This document shows positions 60,801 to 64,000 of a stretch of DNA of 64,000 nt, piece by piece. This stretch comes from Candidatus Scatovivens sp. Its GTDB lineage: Bacteria > Bacillota > Clostridia > TANB77 > CAG-508. Numbering within the stretch: position 1 is the stretch's first letter; each line of letters opens with the position of its first letter. Below the pieces are notes generated by a model. It was not told the origin of the DNA and searched no databases. It saw only the letters and a program-made list of their open reading frames with translations. The stretch is from positions 96,001-160,000 of the forward strand of contig JAZRKN010000015.1 in the NCBI GenBank assembly GCA_045646345.1, in the 5' to 3' direction. The position numbers and the translations under genes were made by a program.

Positions 60801-61732
60801 CAAAAGCAATTACAGAGTTAGAACAAACACCAGATATTAAAGAAGTAGAAAAAACAAAAAAAGTTGTACCTCTTGCCCCACTTCCAGCTGAGTTAACAAA
60901 TTATTCTGGCTCTGAAGATAAAGCAATAAACATTCTTATTAATAAAGATGATATCTTCTCAATTTCAATATTAAATGAAACTTATGAAATTGTTGCTGAT
61001 TTTGATGGTATATCTGTTCTTTCAGAAAACCTTCATATATCAACACCAAAAAATAACTTCTTCGTAAGAGTTGGAAATAAATATATTGAAATACACAACA
61101 AAAAAGATAACTTTATTTTAAATACTAACTTTGAAGATATCGAATTTGCAAATGCTATAAACAATATTGCTTTTGCTAAGAAAAATAATAAAATAGAATT
61201 AAATATTAAAGAAGCATTTAAGTTATCTTCTGTAAATAATAAGATAGAACTTTCAATGTTAAATAAAGCAATTGCAGATTTATCTACACCGACACAACAA
61301 GCTGAAACAAAAGATGAATCTTCAATCTGTGATAACAAAACTCTTCTAATCTCAGAGGAAACACAAAAAGTATATCTTCCATATACAATAGAAGATGTTA
61401 TGAAAAAATTAAAATCAGGTGACGAATATCAAACAGTTCAAGAAGTTGTTGATAACGAATATACATTACCACTTTCTACATTCAAAATGCCTATAATTTC
61501 TAGATTCAAAGAAGCTTATAGATTCATGAGAACAAAAGAAAATAGTTCTGTATATGCAGCTGTTGATTTAGCTTTAGAATTAATGTTTAATTCTAATTTA
61601 AACCCAGCAGTAATCAGAGCAGCTAAAGATATGAAAGAATTAAATATTTATTTAGATTGCTTATACGAAAATGAAGTTGAAAAATTTGATTGCTTCAAAA
61701 TAGTATATAAAGTATTACCAAAAATAAAATAA
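57836..61732 (+). CDS. Very large acidic low-complexity protein with N-terminal AT-hook-like motif
   Basis: GGAGG RBS before ATG at 57836; RGRPRK and K/S-rich N-terminus, about 1000 aa of E/D-rich sequence, short coiled coils, globular C-terminus. Confidence 0.8.
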   Translation: MAIKSEEEIIKKPTASRGRPRKDAQASKTKKSSKSKTKKKSTKKASSSKKSTSKKVKSTTLKNVENVELINDVQIENTIPLITVSEETVLEEIVETSPVENNLIEDTLNLVIEEESTEEIETIIAEDEIINLDAQEIGEESLIEEVPETQEQVVEEDISSAVCEEVTEKPKKKRTIKNLSIKRSIPVVEEVIESEPEIEEEIIEESIVEEPVIEKIIELPVREKRTLRLNLGSKKQQVEEPVYKKDESINQNSAFFNEPSIFAKFNIDIISTDADDNTEIQDEIIEESSTSEEEALNDIEIIDETIVLPNDQIDELICETIVNQIIEEPTSISEEENTLEDLNDELLEQTILEEISKNISEETIEEELENSEILKSVRSILGGKLGSLEELTQDEEILPQDEQQDLIDEQDNVILFKNLVEDEEIIDNDDNEFLQIDQEEPEVLKEVADTIISDEPVSDNSPIGKFFDSSIPSMTSTVNNTFSKIKKSIFSNISPIFKKFTFEEATLMKHQDEFENNYNESENNLSDIQQALENFTPNVQATTNIVEMDILAESPATMPVIDTTTLVTTNNDEMVYEGPELSILTPASESSFDEDKELDEFIENAEQGILDDIEELENFEEPIDEIDETDEVENIIPEEIIEEEYDDEEFSIESYFGLDNVTLDEKDLKRINAIEDKIEDEVVEIEEYTSNPDEFVDKFLETNPIIEGIQEETIEEEALEETIQEETLSVELEPEQFVDKLLEDNISQEEVITEENSSKEVISEEVPEIIEEPVIENKESELEKALKEKNEELSSLSKLLETFTQTISTLTNRITDLENRQAAEPVVEEPENPTSDIIEDLIEESQSEIEEELSVDDIDINDLDLDDLDIEDLEFSEEEFEEPSLLSQENDVETEIETSVEEDEKSVESILSEVLLSKDLDSELKEELLSEVLSYEENLSPEDLDESLLEAALFDELSDEELLELDSQEEKLPEEEPLSDFSKIIESLTKAITELEQTPDIKEVEKTKKVVPLAPLPAELTNYSGSEDKAINILINKDDIFSISILNETYEIVADFDGISVLSENLHISTPKNNFFVRVGNKYIEIHNKKDNFILNTNFEDIEFANAINNIAFAKKNNKIELNIKEAFKLSSVNNKIELSMLNKAIADLSTPTQQAETKDESSICDNKTLLISEETQKVYLPYTIEDVMKKLKSGDEYQTVQEVVDNEYTLPLSTFKMPIISRFKEAYRFMRTKENSSVYAAVDLALELMFNSNLNPAVIRAAKDMKELNIYLDCLYENEVEKFDCFKIVYKVLPKIK

Positions 61733-61735
61733 TAT

Positions 61736-61766
61736 AAAAAAGAGCTTTTAAAAAAAGCTCTTTTTT
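61736..61766 (+). terminator. Intrinsic terminator
   Basis: AAAAAAGAGCTTTT..AAAAGCTCTTTTTT right after the 61732 stop. Confidence 0.75.
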
Positions 61767-61805
61767 CTTTTAATTTTACTTACATTTTAACTTTATCGGT
61801 ATAAC

Positions 61806-61837
61806 AAAAAAAGATGCAGATTTTATCTGCATCTTTT
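61806..61837 (-). terminator. Intrinsic terminator of clpB
   Basis: AAAAGATGCAGAT-TTT-ATCTGCATCTTTT. Confidence 0.8.
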
Positions 61838-61841
61838 CTTA

Positions 61842-64000
61842 TTAATTTTCTGCATTTTTATTTTCTTGTTTTGGTTTCTCTGTTAATTGAGTTCCTTCTT
61901 CTGGTCTTTCAATTTTTGGTCTAATATTTAATCCAGAAATTCTTTTATCATAAAATACTTCTACTTTATCAGCTTCTTTCACTTCTCCTGAAATCAACTT
62001 TCTTGCAAGTAAAGTTTCAACTTGAGATTGTACAATTCTTTTTAATGGTCTAGCTCCAAATTCCATATCATATCCTTCTTCAACTAACCATTTTATAGAA
62101 GTCTTTGTAAAAGAAAGTTCTACTCCTCTTTCTTTTATTCTATTTATTACTCCTTTTAAAATTAATTCTACAATTCCATAAACTACATTTTTCTCTAACG
62201 CTTTAAAACATATTATTTCATCTAATCTATTCAAAAATTCTGGTCTGAAATGTTGTTTTAATACCTTATCTATGTTGTCTTTGGCTTCTTCTGTTATTTC
62301 TCCATTTTGAGCTATACTATCTAAAATAAAATGAGAACCTAAATTTGAAGTTAATATTATAACTGTATTTTTAAAGTCTATTAATCTTCCTTGAGAATCT
62401 GTTACTCTACCATCATCTAATATTTGCAAGAAAATATTGAATACATCTGGATGAGCTTTTTCAACCTCATCAAATAATACAACTGAATATGGTTTTCTTC
62501 TAACTGCTTCTGTTAATTGACCACCTTCTTCATATCCAACATATCCTGGAGGTGCACCAATCAATCTTGTTACACTGAATTTTTCCATATATTCAGACAT
62601 ATCAATTCTTATCATATTTTTTTCATCATCAAAAAGTGTTGCTGCTAATGTTTTACCAAGTTCTGTTTTACCAACACCAGTAGGTCCTAAGAATAAAAAT
62701 GATCCTATTGGTCTGTTTGGATTAGCAATTCCAGCTCTAGCTCTTATTATAGCTTCGCTTACTTTTTTAACAGCTTCATCTTGTCCAACAACTCTTTGGT
62801 GTAATATTTCTTCTAAGTGAAGTAATTTTTCTCTTTCACCTTCTGCAAGTTTTGAAACTGGTATTCCTGTCCATTTTGAAACTACAGTTGAAATCTCATC
62901 TTCTGTTACTTTATTTCTAAGAAGACTTTTTCCACCTTGAGTTTTCTCTATTTCTTTTTCTTCTTGCTCCAATAATTTTTTCAAATTTGGAAGTGTAGAA
63001 TATTTTAATTCAGCAGCTTTATTTAAGTCATAGTTTCTTTCTGCTTTTTCTATTTGAGCATTTACTTCATCAATTTTCTCTTTTAATTTTTGAATTTTTT
63101 CAATATTCTTTTTCTCTTCTTCCCATCTTAATTTCATATCTTGAAATTCTTGTCTTAATTTAGATAATTCATTTCTGATGTTTTGAAGTCTTTTTTGAAT
63201 TTTAGGATTTTCTTCTCCTTCTCTTTCTAGTGATCTTTCTTCAATTTCATATTGCATAATCTTTCTAGAAATAACATCAAGTTCAGTCGGCATAGATTCA
63301 ACTTCACTTCTAATCATAGCACAAGCTTCATCAATTAAATCTATTGCCTTATCTGGTAAAAATCTATCTGTTATATATCTATTTGCCAATGTAGCAGCGG
63401 CTATTAATGCTTGATCTTGAATTTTAACTCCATGGAATATCTCAAACTTTTCTTGTATACCTCTTAATATAGTTATACAGTCATCAACTGTTGGTTCTGG
63501 AACAAGAACTTGTTGAAAACGTCTTGTTAAAGCTGGATCTTGTTCTATATATTCTCTATATTCATCTAATGTTGTAGCACCAACGCAGTGAAGTTCTCCT
63601 CTTGCTAAACGAGGTTTTAGAAGGTTACTTGCATCCATAGAACCACCAGATTTTCCAGCACCAACTAAATTATGAATCTCATCAATAAATAAAATTATAT
63701 TTCCATCACTTTTATCTATTTCTTTTAAAATTGTTGTTAATCTTTCTTCAAACTCACCTTGGTATTTAGCACCTGCGATTAAAAGACCTAAATCTAATTC
63801 AAAAATTGTTTTTCCCTTTAAACTTGTTGGAACATCTCCTCTAACAATTCTTTGTGCTAAACCTTCAACAATTGCAGTTTTACCAACACCAGGCTCTCCT
63901 ATTAAAACAGGATTATTTTTGGTTTTACGTGATAAAATTCTAATAACATTTCTGATCTCATCATCTCTACCAATAACAGGATTTAGTTTGTTTTGTTTTG
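61842..64000 (-). CDS. clpB: Chaperone ClpB (5' end outside the window)
   Basis: Frame open to the window edge ([26 protein letters not shown]); long coiled-coil M domain; second [19 protein letters not shown]. Confidence 0.95.
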   Translation of the reverse strand, partial: KQNKLNPVIGRDDEIRNVIRILSRKTKNNPVLIGEPGVGKTAIVEGLAQRIVRGDVPTSLKGKTIFELDLGLLIAGAKYQGEFEERLTTILKEIDKSDGNIILFIDEIHNLVGAGKSGGSMDASNLLKPRLARGELHCVGATTLDEYREYIEQDPALTRRFQQVLVPEPTVDDCITILRGIQEKFEIFHGVKIQDQALIAAATLANRYITDRFLPDKAIDLIDEACAMIRSEVESMPTELDVISRKIMQYEIEERSLEREGEENPKIQKRLQNIRNELSKLRQEFQDMKLRWEEEKKNIEKIQKLKEKIDEVNAQIEKAERNYDLNKAAELKYSTLPNLKKLLEQEEKEIEKTQGGKSLLRNKVTEDEISTVVSKWTGIPVSKLAEGEREKLLHLEEILHQRVVGQDEAVKKVSEAIIRARAGIANPNRPIGSFLFLGPTGVGKTELGKTLAATLFDDEKNMIRIDMSEYMEKFSVTRLIGAPPGYVGYEEGGQLTEAVRRKPYSVVLFDEVEKAHPDVFNIFLQILDDGRVTDSQGRLIDFKNTVIILTSNLGSHFILDSIAQNGEITEEAKDNIDKVLKQHFRPEFLNRLDEIICFKALEKNVVYGIVELILKGVINRIKERGVELSFTKTSIKWLVEEGYDMEFGARPLKRIVQSQVETLLARKLISGEVKEADKVEVFYDKRISGLNIRPKIERPEEGTQLTEKPKQENKNAEN

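Noticed and set aside
529-61338. Numerous short antisense or overlapping ORFs in the track (e.g. 654-932, 7517-8011, 31094-31678, 39424-39762, 56651-57025, 59560-59865)
   Set aside because: They are shadows of real genes on the opposite strand, with F/L/I/S-rich composition and no RBS.

Overview
Very AT-rich chromosomal window from a spore-forming, low-GC Clostridia-like Firmicute (spoVG, spoIVB, SASP, yqfC/yqfD, murC, hpf, recO, era, ybeY, dgkA, clpB). Most genes are on the minus strand. I saw no RNA genes, CRISPR arrays or mobile elements. Two large surface-appendage loci dominate. (1) 7137-21300 is a divergent Tad/Flp-like locus: CpaB/SAF-like protein, two MinD/TadZ-like proteins, a TadA ATPase, a fused TadB-TadC, and eight pilin-like genes, five of which share an MEN-type N-terminus. 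It has no prepilin peptidase. (2) 35145-57622 is a SipW/TasA-type fibre locus: three SipW-like peptidases (one apparently catalytically dead), six proteins with SipW-class signal peptides, and a 3270-aa Gly-repeat adhesin. Embedded in it are a membrane-anchored McrB-like AAA+ NTPase and a DUF2357 partner that appears to lack the nuclease domain. The most striking signal is that the only two broken genes in the window both break at an in-frame CGG codon. Skipping the C restores a Gly codon and the full-length protein in both, and a by-eye scan found no in-frame CGG in any intact gene. This suggests CGG-triggered +1 recoding, although assembly error is not excluded.
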